Of a DNA stretch of 64,000 nucleotides, positions 9,482 through 20,501 are shown piece after piece; the first letter of the stretch is position 1, and the number at the start of each line of letters is the position of its first letter. The DNA is from an uncultured Bacteroidales bacterium (lineage in GTDB: Bacteria > Bacteroidota > Bacteroidia > Bacteroidales > JAEINX01). The notes below the pieces were generated by a model, which was not told where the DNA came from, ran no database searches, and worked only from the letters and a program-made list of their open reading frames with translations. Made by a program: the position numbers and the translations under genes. The stretch covers positions 3,329 to 67,328 of the forward strand of contig CAYWXI010000025.1 in NCBI GenBank assembly GCA_964462015.1. Reading direction: 5' to 3'.

Positions 9482-11386
9482 TTAATCCTGCAAACAACGA
9501 ACTGAAAAACCGTTTCCCTTAGTGATGTAGTTACGGGATACTTTATCAAGGTAATAAAAGAGGGTCCGGGACCAGGTGGTAGAACTACTGTGCTCACTCG
9601 ACGACCAAAAGTAGGCGTAGAAAGTGATAGTGCTGAAATTACCAGTTATAGTACGGTAACCGGTGGGAAGGGTGGTAAAGCCGTAAAGGTCAATTCCGTT
9701 ACCACCACTATACCATCCACTTGTAGATTTAAGATTTGTCCCGGCATCAATTCCACGCTCTCCTGTTTGGCTGCAAGAAATTGTTCCGGCATCAACATAG
9801 TTTTCCAAAGTACACAACTCGGCATCAGTAGGTATATGCCAACCTGTGGGGCAAATACCCTGTACTCCTTCGGTTGTTACATATTGCATTATCTCGTCCC
9901 ATTGGTACAATCCGCCGTAGGTGTCACAATTGATTGTATTGTTATCGTAGCAGTATTTTTCTATTGTGCTGTTATTGGTTGGGTCGCTACTGCCGTTTAT
10001 CATAGTCCCAATGTTCAAATTTTCTGCCATCCAGCACTGGGTTCCTATCTCTACTGTGGTGTAGGCTTGTGAGTCACGGTCGTCAATAATAACATCTCCG
10101 CAAGCAAATGGTGGCTGGTAAACTCCTATACAATTTGACCATGCTGAGCCATTATAATAACGCATACAATGAGAGCTTAGGTCATAAATCATTAAACCTT
10201 CAGCCGGTGTACTAATAACATTTATACTGGCAACACGTGGTGGCAAAAATCCTTTTGAAGTGCTGTTTATATCCACGATTGCAGAAGCATCAGGACTATT
10301 GGTTCCAATGCCAACATTACCTGTAAAATCAGCATTGCCGTCAACAGTTAATAAGTTCGACGGGGAAGTAGTGCCAATACCCACATTGCCCAAACTGGTT
10401 ATTCTCATGCGCTCCTGAGAGGTTGCATTCAAAGTATAAAATGCGAGTTCTCCTAAATAAGAACCTCCTGCATAAGTGTCTATCCCAACGACCTGGGCAA
10501 CAGGCTGAGTTCTTTCTGCCCCAGGCCCCCCGGAATTAAATTTTAAAGGTAATGTCCTATTTGAACCTGATACCTTATAATTTGTATTACTGATCACAAT
10601 GTTTCCTCCTGAAGCGTTTCCAACTTCAAGCAATCCTTCGGGACTTGTTGTGCCAATACCCACATTGCCATTGCTGCTTATTAACATCCTCTCATTTCGG
10701 CTATTTGATCCGGTTGAGAAACTCACACCATCCCAGCCAGCTATGGTTAGCCCATCGGGAGATGTGCCCCCCTGGTTGTGATCGTATGATAGTATTCCCA
10801 GGTTATACAGGCCATATCCTTTTCGAAATAATATGCCGCTGCCCTGAGACTGGAATGCATCTACAAGAAGGCTTCCTCCTTCAATGCTTAGTTTTGCGGT
10901 GGGAGTTGTTGTGCCAATGCCCACATTGCCTGAGTTGTTAATAGTCATTGCCTCACTGCCACTTACATCAAAACGAATATGGTCTTCATCGGAGCTTGCT
11001 TCTACCTGTACTTTTGTGTCGCCATCGGCATCGCTTATCTCAGTTATCAGGGTTGAGGAAAGTCCAATCCAACTGGGAGAAGCAGGAGTGCCCAGGTTAT
11101 AATAAAAACCAGCTGTGCCATCAGTTTGAAAAACCAGCAAACCTGTGGCCGGGCTACTGATATCGCTTCGCTGGGATTCAGTCATCCTGGGAATTAAAAG
11201 CCCTTTGTTGATTGACTTAACGTCGAGCATAGCAGAAGCATCCGGCTCGCTGCCATCGGGTGTTATGGCTACCTGGGCGTTTAACGAGCTTATGCCAAGA
11301 AAAAATACCATGCTAAAAATTGTAATTATTTTCCCGGCTTTGCGGGATTTCCCGGAAAATATCGGGGCGAGCATTTTGTTTAACAT
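9482..11386 (-). CDS. Secreted tail-fibre-like repeat protein with C-terminal FISUMP (Fibrobacter succinogenes major paralogous, TIGR02145-like) domain
   Basis: Repeats [55 protein letters not shown] and [31 protein letters not shown]-terminal [24 protein letters not shown]...GGLYQWDE...[15 protein letters not shown]...FWSSSE...GFSVRCLQD. Confidence 0.85.
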   Translation of the reverse strand: MLNKMLAPIFSGKSRKAGKIITIFSMVFFLGISSLNAQVAITPDGSEPDASAMLDVKSINKGLLIPRMTESQRSDISSPATGLLVFQTDGTAGFYYNLGTPASPSWIGLSSTLITEISDADGDTKVQVEASSDEDHIRFDVSGSEAMTINNSGNVGIGTTTPTAKLSIEGGSLLVDAFQSQGSGILFRKGYGLYNLGILSYDHNQGGTSPDGLTIAGWDGVSFSTGSNSRNERMLISSNGNVGIGTTSPEGLLEVGNASGGNIVISNTNYKVSGSNRTLPLKFNSGGPGAERTQPVAQVVGIDTYAGGSYLGELAFYTLNATSQERMRITSLGNVGIGTTSPSNLLTVDGNADFTGNVGIGTNSPDASAIVDINSTSKGFLPPRVASINVISTPAEGLMIYDLSSHCMRYYNGSAWSNCIGVYQPPFACGDVIIDDRDSQAYTTVEIGTQCWMAENLNIGTMINGSSDPTNNSTIEKYCYDNNTINCDTYGGLYQWDEIMQYVTTEGVQGICPTGWHIPTDAELCTLENYVDAGTISCSQTGERGIDAGTNLKSTSGWYSGGNGIDLYGFTTLPTGYRTITGNFSTITFYAYFWSSSEHSSSTTWSRTLFYYLDKVSRNYITKGNGFSVRCLQD

Positions 11387-11425
11387 AGATTTGTGTTTTT
11401 TAGTTGTATATTATTTACTTTAATT

Positions 11426-12886
11426 TTAATTTAGGATCACCTTTTCGGAAAGGAAGTATTGTGGTGTAACAATAGTTACCACATAAGCGCCGCTTGCATT
11501 GCTGAGGTTAATGGTGGCGGTATTGGAGTTTCCGGTGTTAACAGTGCGACACAATTGGCCGGTAATATTATACACCGAAATTGTTGCAGTGGTTGGTTCG
11601 GGAAAACGGAGATAAATATTTCCGTTTGCCGAAAATATTTTCACGTTCAGGGCCGGATCGTTTACAGTTAGCAAATCAAAATGCAGCTTAAACCGAGCCT
11701 GAACATCCTCGTCAAAGGATGTAAAATGATATTCGGGATCATCGTTTAGTTTTTGTGTAATATCAAGCTTGAGGTCGCTTAGGTAAACATCTCTTTGCGG
11801 AATCAGGTCATTAACACCTTCGGCTTTTATGTAAAAATCAGAAGAAGCGTTTTTTAAAAAATGTACAGGGATTTCCATTTCTGCAGATATCTCAGGAAGT
11901 GTGTTGATTGAAAGACTGTCTCCATCACTTACTGAAAAAAACTTTGGGGCATAACCGGTAAGAAAGTGTGAATCATATTTGGAGTCAAAAGCATGTGTAG
12001 CATCGTCAGCGAACTTTACAACACATTGCTGGGATGTGCTGCCTTCGGGATCGAAAGCAGTAAGCCTGATAGCGTTAAACATCTCATCTTTAAACCATGC
12101 AACGGGTGAATGGGTACGATCGGCAACTGGGATTGTTAATGAGCCGGTACCTGCGTCGGTAACATGAATCATAAAACCCTGATGGGCAGGAATGATCACT
12201 CCGGTAGAAATATCGGTGTAACTTGCTGTGGATTCGTTCCAGACTTTAATTACGCCATCGATATTGTTTAAATTCCAGCCGGCTGAGTTATTCCACTGCA
12301 AAGCACAAGGATAGGGATTGCCTATCAAATGCCAGCCGGGTGCATTCGATGTAGCAGTGTAGGTAAGGCCTGAAACATCAACATCATCGGCATTTAATGT
12401 GCCTGCAAAGGTTTTTGTAAGGTCGGAGTTGTACCCGCACAGATAACCGGAACCAACACCGAATGTGTTTTCAAATTCAGTGTTCCATAAGCCGTTTTCC
12501 AGCTTAGTGTTAATCCACAAACTTGAAACTTCATCCCATTTAAAAAAATCCTGACCGGAAGAAGGAGGATTAGAAACAAACTCACTTTGAATATTCTGGG
12601 CGGCAACAGGTGAAGACAGTAAATGCCATCCGTGAAGATTATCAGTCCATCCGCTAATGAAACGCTCAACTTTGGCTTCCCCGCCTCCGCTAAATGTGAT
12701 ATTACCTCTTTGCAAAAAGGATGCATCACCTGTACCATCTGATTGCAAAAGAAGGTTGCCACCGGCAACATCTATTGTTATACCTGTTGTAACTGTGATT
12801 TTTGTGCCCGGCTTTACCAGAAATTCCTGTGAAAATATTAGAATGGGGCAAAGAACAAAACTAAAAAGAACCAATATGTTTTTCAT
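11426..12886 (-). CDS. Secreted hypothetical protein with T9SS-type C-terminal sorting domain
   Basis: Likely start at Met16 (MKNILVLFSFVLCPILIFSQ signal). C-terminus ATISVYNITGQLCRTVNTGNSNTATINLSNASGAYVVTIVT...KVILN is CTD-like. I recognised no other named domain. Confidence 0.7.
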   Translation of the reverse strand: MKNILVLFSFVLCPILIFSQEFLVKPGTKITVTTGITIDVAGGNLLLQSDGTGDASFLQRGNITFSGGGEAKVERFISGWTDNLHGWHLLSSPVAAQNIQSEFVSNPPSSGQDFFKWDEVSSLWINTKLENGLWNTEFENTFGVGSGYLCGYNSDLTKTFAGTLNADDVDVSGLTYTATSNAPGWHLIGNPYPCALQWNNSAGWNLNNIDGVIKVWNESTASYTDISTGVIIPAHQGFMIHVTDAGTGSLTIPVADRTHSPVAWFKDEMFNAIRLTAFDPEGSTSQQCVVKFADDATHAFDSKYDSHFLTGYAPKFFSVSDGDSLSINTLPEISAEMEIPVHFLKNASSDFYIKAEGVNDLIPQRDVYLSDLKLDITQKLNDDPEYHFTSFDEDVQARFKLHFDLLTVNDPALNVKIFSANGNIYLRFPEPTTATISVYNITGQLCRTVNTGNSNTATINLSNASGAYVVTIVTPQYFLSEKVILN

Positions 12887-12941
12887 AATTTTAAATTTCT
12901 TCAAAAAAACAAAAAAAAATGGCACCAACAATTCACATATG

Positions 12942-13523
12942 TTAGATAATGCTTCTGATACGGCTCAATGAACCAGGGGTGATGCCCAAATATGAAGCAA
13001 TATAGTTGATGGGAATCTTTTGAATAATATTCGGCTCTTTTTCAATAAGTTGCAAGTAACGTTCTTTGGCATCCATTGTTTGAAAGTTCCTGAGCCTTTT
13101 TGCCAATTGCACAATAATAATCCCATTAACCAACACTTCGAGCTGTATGAGTTCACTATTATTAGTTTTAAGTTTATCGTATTTATTCAGGTCGATTTTA
13201 TCTGTTTCTACATCAGTAAGGGCTTGAATATATTCATCAGAATCGGCATCTGGAATATAACTATTTATCGGGAAACAAAAGTCTTTTTCGAAATTGAAAT
13301 TTGTAGTGATTTCTTTTGTATTTTTAGTGATGTAAGTACGAGTTACACCTTTTGTAATAACAAAAACCACTCCGGCCTTTTTTCCTGGTTCTATCAGGTG
13401 TTCATTCTTTTTAAAGGCCTTTCTTAATGTGGCTTGTTCAAGTAAATACTGGTTCTTCTCAGACAGATTAAAAAAAAGCTTTCTGAAATCGTTGTCAATA
13501 CTCATCATTATAGTTTTTACCAA
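12942..13523 (-). CDS. Crp/Fnr-family transcriptional regulator
   Basis: 193 aa. N-terminal cNMP-binding-like fold (VVFVITKGVTRTY). C-terminal HTH IPINYIASYLGITPGSLSRIRS. Confidence 0.75.
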   Translation of the reverse strand: MVKTIMMSIDNDFRKLFFNLSEKNQYLLEQATLRKAFKKNEHLIEPGKKAGVVFVITKGVTRTYITKNTKEITTNFNFEKDFCFPINSYIPDADSDEYIQALTDVETDKIDLNKYDKLKTNNSELIQLEVLVNGIIIVQLAKRLRNFQTMDAKERYLQLIEKEPNIIQKIPINYIASYLGITPGSLSRIRSII

Positions 13524-13721
13524 TTATAACAAAATCATATAATCATAAGTTTAGCATTGGTTTTTATCAAGCTATAGAATTTATGATTTTCATCGTATTA
13601 AATTAATAACTTTTGTGCAAAAAAAGGTAAAATATTTCTAAAATTCAAATCAAACATGCTTTCGGCTAAATTTTATTTTGATGTGTCGGGGAGTTATAAT
13701 AATTTTAATTTGAATAATCTC

Positions 13722-13749
13722 AAAAAAAAAGGGAGACAAACTGCCCCCC
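13722..13749 (-). terminator. Probable rho-independent terminator of the C25 peptidase gene
   Basis: On the minus strand, GGGGGGC-agttt-GTCTCCC (G-U containing stem) is followed by a run of 9 T, about 25 bp after the stop at 13775. Confidence 0.6.
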
Positions 13750-13774
13750 TTTAATAAATTCGTAACACAAAAGG

Positions 13775-16700
13775 TTATTTAATAGTAACCTTTTTAATTA
13801 TAGTTGAATTGAGTGTATTTATTCTGAAAATATATATACCGGCTTGGTAATCCGAAGTATTAATTTTCATTTGAGCATCATTAACTTCAGTATTTAATAA
13901 TACTTGTCCTAAGAAGTTAAGAACCTGTACGTCATTAATTGTTTCGTTTGAAACAATATTAACATTATTGTTAGCAGGGTTAGGATATACTGAAATGTTA
14001 TCATTGGCAGTGTTTTCAAATCTGCTTCCTTTCGAAATATTAACAAAACTATATTCGTTATCTTCTGTTGGAAATACTTTATTGGTATAAGCTTCAAAAT
14101 CTGATTCAAAGTTAAAAGTTGAGACAATTTCCATTTGATTCTTGATATCCCAAACTTTTAATGAAATTTGATTTCCGGCATTAAAACCTTTACTATTAGT
14201 TAAGGTACTGAATATTGGCAAGCTGTTTTCAAATTTATTATCCGAACGGATAACTGTTGAACCAACCAATAAATCACCATCAAAAGCAGCAACTTCATCA
14301 CCAACTTCCAAACCTGAAATATACATTGTATAAATTGGATCAGCTGCGTTTCCACCATCGAATACAAAGTGTTCAATTACTTTAGGTCTAAGATTTGATA
14401 AAGTAGATTTTACGGGAGTATTATAAACTAATTGATCATCAGCATACATTTTAATAAGATAACCTTCTCCGGGTGTTGCATCACCAATTCCGTTCACCCA
14501 GTTAGGGCCAATTTTTCTTAACATTTCACCATTTGAATTTCTGATTAAATGTAAATTATCGCCCAGAATTTCATTAAAGGCATATAAAGCATCAATTGCT
14601 TCGGTTGGCAGATAACTTACAAATTGGAAGCCTGCAACTAAATCAATGGGTGTTGAAGCAGCAATTTCTACACCTGAGAACTCAACAGTTTCGCTACCAA
14701 ACATTTTAAATAAATATCCTTCGGTAACTACCCAATCACCTATTCCATTAACCCAATTCGGACCAATTTTTCTTAAAGTAGTTCCATCTGAATTTCTGAC
14801 AAAATCTAAGTTTTCATTTAATATATCTTCTAAAACAACAAGCATATCAGCATTTTCAATTTCGAAATGTGTTGAAACAAATTGATAACCTTCTGATAAG
14901 TCAATGTTTTGAGTTGCAGAAACAATTGAAATATTTTCATAAATTGTTTCAGTATTTAAGCTTGTTACAACCAATAAAACTTCGCCTGATAGAAAGTCAT
15001 GCTCAATATTTACATGTCCGTCAGCATCAGTTATTGCATTAAAGTATTCTCCGTTTTGTGATATGCACACCATAGCACCGGCAACCGGAGATCCGTTAGA
15101 AGTAACAATTAGATCATAAGGCATACCAACAGAAATTACCTCGTTAGATAATGCAAGCGGTGCAGGCTCAATAGTACGATGTTGAAGGGCAACATCACCA
15201 AAATATATCCATGTTTTAGCTGTTTCCCAATCGGAAGAACTACCCGATTCGGTTGTCATTAAAACCAAACCGTTAAATACAACTGCTCCGAGAGTATTTC
15301 TTTGTTCGCTTGTATTTATACCATTTTGTCCGGGATGAGCACTATAATCATAACCGCCAATTATAACATCATTAAAATAATCCTGCCCTCGCATTGGAGG
15401 AGTCCATGGTTGATTAATTGTTGCCATTAAAACTACAATAGCACCGCCATTTTCCTTTTTCAACCAAGCTTCAGCAAAACAATCTCCTGAACCCTGGAAT
15501 GCACCGTTAACACATGCAACAGAAAAAATAAAAGGAAGTTTACTGCCATTGGTTAAATTATTAACATGGCTATTACTAAAACCGGTAGAACCCCATGAAG
15601 TTTGGGAACCATGTCCACAGTAATTAATTGCACTAACTCCGTCATTAATTGCGTTAGTTACCATTGCGGCAGTACCTGAATAATCATAAGCAGTTGAGAA
15701 ATTATCATAAGTATAAGGATCCTGTTTATCGTTATAGATAACATCAATATGTTGATAATCCAGTTCATTGTCATCGCCAGGGCCTTGATTGGAAGCAACT
15801 CCTAATGCACTTGAATACCAATCATCACTATCAGGATTTTTCTCGTAATTAATTGTTTTATTAACCTGAATTGTTACATATCCGGGATTATTGGCCGAGA
15901 ATCTTCCAATACAAATATCAGCGTGGTTATCGCTTCCAACAACACAACCTAATTGAGGATCCATTGGTGATCCACCCATATTATCAGATTTAATATCGGC
16001 CCAATCACCAACTAACTGAACGTAGAGAAGATCATTATTTGCATTATAAGCATTTTGAATAAGGTTCTTTACATTTGTTCCGGTTGCAACAACTTCTTTT
16101 GTTACAGAGTAGCCTTTTTCCTTTTTCCATTCAATATAAGGTTCAATTGCATCTTCATCTCTTGCAGTTGTAATTACTAAGAGGTCGCCATATTCTCCTA
16201 CTGTAAGGTCATCTCTTGTTAGATTATAATTAATGAAAACAGAGTTGTAAATTGCATCCATTTCCCTGACAATTTCAGTTGCTTGTTTAGGTAGTGGATT
16301 AATAGCTTGTGTTTCGTTTTCAATTAATTCAACTGTCATGCTTTTATAAATCCTGAGAACATTTTTCACTGCATTATACCTGAAAGGAAATACATTAACA
16401 CTGGTTCCCCTTACATCTCTTAAAATGAAAGGAGTAGTGTTAGTAGCAAGATTCTGAGGATACCAGTTATCACGAAATGAGCTTGGACTTATAACATAAG
16501 GAATAGTTGAAGGATCCTGATCTCTGTAAATAACCCCTCTTGAAGGTAAAAGCGGATATTCTAACGAGAATTCCTCATATTCTCCTTCAATTACATTAAG
16601 GCTTACATTTTTATCAGCCGATAATTGTACTGTGGCACTAATCATGGGCAATTGTGCAAAACCTTTTAATTGAGTATAAACACTTCCATCAAATAATATT

Positions 16701-16873
16701 TTCGAATAAGTTGTACCGTCAATATTGATTTCGGTAAGATCATAGTTTTCAACACTAAAGTTCAGTTCAAAAACATCTCCTTTAGTTTGATTAAATTTAA
16801 CGTCATAAGCTTCAGAAGCCGTGACAAACGAAAAGCTGAAAAAAACAGCAATCACTAAGATAAAGTTTCTCAT
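13775..16873 (-). CDS. Gingipain-like cysteine peptidase (family C25) with CarboxypepD_reg-like domain, R1-R2 module pair, N-module and T9SS C-terminal sorting domain
   Basis: NYCGHGSQTSWG (catalytic His context) and FIFSVACVNGAF (catalytic Cys context) match the C25 layout after an N-terminal propeptide-like region. Also LDFVRNSDGTTLRKIGPNWVNGIGDW and LHLIRNSNGEMLRKIGPNWVNGIGDA. End: VYPNPANNNVNIVS...AGIYIFRINT...KVTIK. Confidence 0.85.
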   Translation of the reverse strand: MRNFILVIAVFFSFSFVTASEAYDVKFNQTKGDVFELNFSVENYDLTEINIDGTTYSKILFDGSVYTQLKGFAQLPMISATVQLSADKNVSLNVIEGEYEEFSLEYPLLPSRGVIYRDQDPSTIPYVISPSSFRDNWYPQNLATNTTPFILRDVRGTSVNVFPFRYNAVKNVLRIYKSMTVELIENETQAINPLPKQATEIVREMDAIYNSVFINYNLTRDDLTVGEYGDLLVITTARDEDAIEPYIEWKKEKGYSVTKEVVATGTNVKNLIQNAYNANNDLLYVQLVGDWADIKSDNMGGSPMDPQLGCVVGSDNHADICIGRFSANNPGYVTIQVNKTINYEKNPDSDDWYSSALGVASNQGPGDDNELDYQHIDVIYNDKQDPYTYDNFSTAYDYSGTAAMVTNAINDGVSAINYCGHGSQTSWGSTGFSNSHVNNLTNGSKLPFIFSVACVNGAFQGSGDCFAEAWLKKENGGAIVVLMATINQPWTPPMRGQDYFNDVIIGGYDYSAHPGQNGINTSEQRNTLGAVVFNGLVLMTTESGSSSDWETAKTWIYFGDVALQHRTIEPAPLALSNEVISVGMPYDLIVTSNGSPVAGAMVCISQNGEYFNAITDADGHVNIEHDFLSGEVLLVVTSLNTETIYENISIVSATQNIDLSEGYQFVSTHFEIENADMLVVLEDILNENLDFVRNSDGTTLRKIGPNWVNGIGDWVVTEGYLFKMFGSETVEFSGVEIAASTPIDLVAGFQFVSYLPTEAIDALYAFNEILGDNLHLIRNSNGEMLRKIGPNWVNGIGDATPGEGYLIKMYADDQLVYNTPVKSTLSNLRPKVIEHFVFDGGNAADPIYTMYISGLEVGDEVAAFDGDLLVGSTVIRSDNKFENSLPIFSTLTNSKGFNAGNQISLKVWDIKNQMEIVSTFNFESDFEAYTNKVFPTEDNEYSFVNISKGSRFENTANDNISVYPNPANNNVNIVSNETINDVQVLNFLGQVLLNTEVNDAQMKINTSDYQAGIYIFRINTLNSTIIKKVTIK

Positions 16874-17108
16874 AATAATTTAAATTTGTTATTTAGTTGT
16901 TATTAGTAATTTATTCATTTTTATTTATTTCAATTTTTAATCCAAACCTGAATTATATCCTAATTGTGATATAAAAACAGATAAGTAGACATGTAGAATT
17001 TTAATAGGTTGCTTACATTTCGTTAAAAATTTGTTAAGCTCAAGGTTTTTCAAAGGAAAAGAGCAGTAAAAACTATTTTTTAATATATAAGCTGTTTATT
17101 AAAATTTT

Positions 17109-19262
17109 TTATAGTGCAAATCGCCAAATTAGTTTTCCAATTATAGTTGTCCGTTCTAACTTAATACCATCTTCGGTATTAAATTCCTGATTTACGACAA
17201 AGTAGAAATAACTTCCAATTTTGGGTATCCAGTTTATTCTGTAATTAAGTAAGATATCTTTATCTTCATTATTCCATTGTAGAAATAAATTGGTATTTAA
17301 TTTCGGGTTAAAAGCATAGTCAATTCGTCCTCCCAACTCATCAGTTGTTAATGATTTTTGCGGAAGTTGAATGTAGTTTCTTTCCCAATCGATGCCTATG
17401 TTTAAGTGGCTGTTAAAATTAAAACTCATATATAATTCATATTCCTGTCGGTGTCCGGTATAAAACTCACCTACACTAACAGTGGCTTCAGCTGCAATTT
17501 TTCTTCCTTTGAAAGAACTAATCTCAATTTCAAAACGATTGTCCCAATAGCTGCCTGCCGGAATAATCACGTTGTCAATAAGCTCAAAATCTTCTTCTGG
17601 TTTATCAAAAATATGTTGGATGTTAAATTCAAAAAACTCCCCACTCTTTGTAACGAAACCAAAAGGACGCCATTCATAAAAAACAGATTCAGTTTTTTTG
17701 GTTTCAGCATTGATGTAATAATTAAGGTCAATTGGCTTAAAGATCAGGTTCCTGAAAAAAGGCAAACTCTTAAACCGGGGATTAATCTGAAGCTCGATGT
17801 AAAGCATTTGGAAATTTTTGCGCCTAGTAAAACCCATCTCAGGATTAAATCCTCTTTCGACGGTTGAGAAACCTAAATCGTATTCAATTACATCGTTCGG
17901 GTAACTTAAAAATACATCATACGAAATATTATTCTTATTCAAATCTTCAGCCTCTCCAAAGATTTTCGTCTCTGAAACTGCAACTGAACCTCCTGCAATA
18001 AGATTTTTTTCTTTAAAAAGTTCAGAAGTGGAATAGATAAAGGAAGTGCCGTAAACCCTATTGTATTGGTTTTTTGAATATTTTTGAGTAACGATCATTC
18101 CAAGGCTTGATTGCTTAAAGATATCTTGCTTTACCTTAATGACAGAATAATTGGTTGTCGGAATACTGTCTTTTGAGTTAGTTTGTATTGACATAATCCC
18201 GATATTGGTTTTATCCAGTTTTCCGAAGAGCCTCATGCCACCGATTATTGGTACTTCGGTTTGGTGATCAATACCAATTCTACGGCTATAAAACAGTCTG
18301 GCTTTATCGACATTCATATCAAAATAGTTCTTTCCCTCCAGAAAAAATTGTCTTTTCTCAGGATAGTATAATGAAAACCTTGTAAGGTTAATTTGTTCAC
18401 GATCTGATTCAACCTGTGCAAAGTCCGTATTTGCTGAAAAATTTAATTTTAGTGTAGGAGTTATATCAAAGTTTAATTCACCACCTATTTTCCCGGTGCT
18501 TTTTGGTTCTTTATCCGAAAATTCAAAACCACCAAGCATATATGGTTTAAATTCAATTTTTGTCCCTTGTTTGATATTATTGATACCAACTAATTTACCG
18601 CCCTGAGATATTTTTTCCACATCATACAACCTTGACCACCCCTGCCACATTAGTTGCTCTTTTTTTCTCCGAATATTTCTTTCAAAGTTAATTCCCCAGA
18701 CTTGTGCACTATCCTTTGTAAATTTCAGGGTGCTAAAAGGAATAAGTATTTCTGCAAACCAACCTTTTTCATTATTATCGACGGCAACATCCCACACACC
18801 ATTCCAGTCTTTGTTAAAATCGTGGCCTTCATCACCCACCCAAATATCAGCCTTTGCGCCGTTCGGATTTATTACAAACAAATATCCGTTTCTATTGTCG
18901 TTGAATGTACTAATCATTAGCTCAACATTATCATCACTACTCCAGCTAAAATCATAAGCCATCTGTTGAGCCGAAATTTTTTCAGGTTCACTATCGAAAC
19001 ACCAAATACCAAAATAGATTTCATGTGCATTATAAACTACAGCAATTTTTGTTCTTTCTGAAGCAGGTGCTCCTTCATTTTGCTCTCTTTGAGTAAAATT
19101 TTCAATAGCAGATGCATTCAACCAGCAAACTTCATTTAACTTACCATCAAGTTTAATTTGTTCATTATTAAACATTGCTTTCAGGGTATCAGGTTTTGAA
19201 TGTTGGCTGAAAAGATTGGTGGTGAATAACAAAATGATAATTAAAAGGGAAGTTTGTTTCAT
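17109..19262 (-). CDS. Secreted CBM9/DOMON-like plus DUF5916-type beta-barrel protein
   Basis: Signal MKQTSLLIIILLFTTNLFSQ. The N-terminal DGKLNEVCWLNASAIENFTQREQNEGAPASERTKIAVVYNAHEIYFGIWCFD resembles CBM9-like modules of ~720-aa Bacteroidota proteins. The C-terminal half is rich in alternating beta-strand pattern. Confidence 0.6.
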   Translation of the reverse strand: MKQTSLLIIILLFTTNLFSQHSKPDTLKAMFNNEQIKLDGKLNEVCWLNASAIENFTQREQNEGAPASERTKIAVVYNAHEIYFGIWCFDSEPEKISAQQMAYDFSWSSDDNVELMISTFNDNRNGYLFVINPNGAKADIWVGDEGHDFNKDWNGVWDVAVDNNEKGWFAEILIPFSTLKFTKDSAQVWGINFERNIRRKKEQLMWQGWSRLYDVEKISQGGKLVGINNIKQGTKIEFKPYMLGGFEFSDKEPKSTGKIGGELNFDITPTLKLNFSANTDFAQVESDREQINLTRFSLYYPEKRQFFLEGKNYFDMNVDKARLFYSRRIGIDHQTEVPIIGGMRLFGKLDKTNIGIMSIQTNSKDSIPTTNYSVIKVKQDIFKQSSLGMIVTQKYSKNQYNRVYGTSFIYSTSELFKEKNLIAGGSVAVSETKIFGEAEDLNKNNISYDVFLSYPNDVIEYDLGFSTVERGFNPEMGFTRRKNFQMLYIELQINPRFKSLPFFRNLIFKPIDLNYYINAETKKTESVFYEWRPFGFVTKSGEFFEFNIQHIFDKPEEDFELIDNVIIPAGSYWDNRFEIEISSFKGRKIAAEATVSVGEFYTGHRQEYELYMSFNFNSHLNIGIDWERNYIQLPQKSLTTDELGGRIDYAFNPKLNTNLFLQWNNEDKDILLNYRINWIPKIGSYFYFVVNQEFNTEDGIKLERTTIIGKLIWRFAL

Positions 19263-19387
19263 GGTTTTTATTATGTTTTGGCTATGCTGCGTACCGCATT
19301 TATTTTAATTATTTTTCTGTTTGCGAATTTATTAAAACATAGCACCCATGTTTTACAACTAATTACAAAATGTAGTATGAGTAATTT

Positions 19388-20131
19388 TTACCGTCTGGTT
19401 TTTCTTAGTTTCTCAATTCCGATTTTCGTTTTAGGAGCAATTTCATTTTCAAATTTCTCTGGCCACGGATTCTTTTCAAATTTTTTCATTAAAATTCCAG
19501 GATGTGGTAAGCAGATAAAATTTCTGTCAATCCCATTTATTGTTTTCAATCGTATTTCACCGTCTAAATATGATTTGGCTTTAATCTCTGATATTTCGAA
19601 AATAGTCTTAGTAACTTCTATTCCAAGTAAGATTATTGCAATAGGATTCGCAAGTTCTATTTCTTTTTTGAGTCTATTAATGCTTTTTTTTGCATATTCT
19701 AAAAACTTTGAACGGTTTTCGGTTAAGTCTGTTTTTCCTAATTTATTATACCTGTCTATGTGACCTTGTTTGAAAAGAAAAACTTTAACTAAATCTGTAA
19801 TCCAACAAATATCTCTTTTAACTCCGATTTTTTCTAATATTACTTCATTCAGTTCTTTTCCTGATGGAATTGTTCTAACTCTTGAACCATCAAAATATGA
19901 TTCATTTGAAAAAGGTGAGTCATTATCTGCTAATGGTGTATCAGAAATTCCATTCACTGTATAAAATTTTGCAGAAGGATAGGCTCCTACAATCATAATT
20001 CCATTTTTACTTGTTTCAATTGGAACCAAAACATTTATTGGATTTCCATAAAAATATGAATAGTCCTCAGGATATTCAATTTCTTGTTTGTAATTAGCAA
20101 AACAATCTTTCTGATATTTTTTTATTTCCAT
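19388..20131 (-). CDS. Divergent uracil-DNA glycosylase superfamily protein (tentative)
   Basis: IMIVGAYPSAKF fits the position of UDG motif A (GxxP[GS]) and FICLPHPGILM the position of motif B (HPS/HPG). No closer family assignment is possible by eye. Confidence 0.4.
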   Translation of the reverse strand: MEIKKYQKDCFANYKQEIEYPEDYSYFYGNPINVLVPIETSKNGIMIVGAYPSAKFYTVNGISDTPLADNDSPFSNESYFDGSRVRTIPSGKELNEVILEKIGVKRDICWITDLVKVFLFKQGHIDRYNKLGKTDLTENRSKFLEYAKKSINRLKKEIELANPIAIILLGIEVTKTIFEISEIKAKSYLDGEIRLKTINGIDRNFICLPHPGILMKKFEKNPWPEKFENEIAPKTKIGIEKLRKTRR

Positions 20132-20263
20132 GTTCTGTTTCTTTTAATGCACTGATTAATAATATATTTTTCACCATCAAATCAATACTTATATTTTATT
20201 TCCCAAATATATAAAAAACATTCTAATTATTTACAAGGCACTCTTTTCAAACAAACAATAATT

Positions 20264-20318
20264 GGAATTTTCTTTTCTTCCTTTTTACAACTAATATATA
20301 ATCTTTGAGTTAATCGTT
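20264..20318. repeat. Direct repeat copy A (~55 bp) flanking the nucleotidyltransferase cassette
   Basis: ggaattttcttttcttcctttttacaactaatatataatctttgagttaatcgtt, compared with 21076-21128. The 21-bp core ataatctttgagttaatcgtt is identical. Confidence 0.7.
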
Positions 20319-20501
20319 TTCCCTGTTTAAACGAGGTATTTATATTGAGCTAACTGAACCCAGTGTGAGCCCTTTATGAGCCGATTACTTTTTTTTTAAT
20401 TTATAAACCGTTCCAACTCCTGTTTGTTCAACTTTGTCAAATAGCTTCTAATTTACAACCATCTCGGTTATTATTTCTAAACATTGTTGGATTTTCGTGG
20501 T

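Noticed and set aside
9590-10072. Long antisense or alternative-frame ORFs inside well-supported genes, for example 9590..10072, 17451..17867, 19254..19763, 28770..29168, 57675..58055, 62238..62702, 13020..13427 and 3199..3453.
   Set aside because: Each lies entirely within, or across the start of, a gene with clear family motifs on the other strand or frame. Their products are low-complexity with no recognisable domains. They are typical shadow ORFs of AT-rich DNA.
8786-11386. Prophage remnant, because of the tail-fibre-like GNVGIGT repeats.
   Set aside because: No other phage genes (capsid, terminase, baseplate, integrase) are nearby. This repeat type is common in chromosomal Bacteroidota surface proteins, and the protein has a standard signal peptide.
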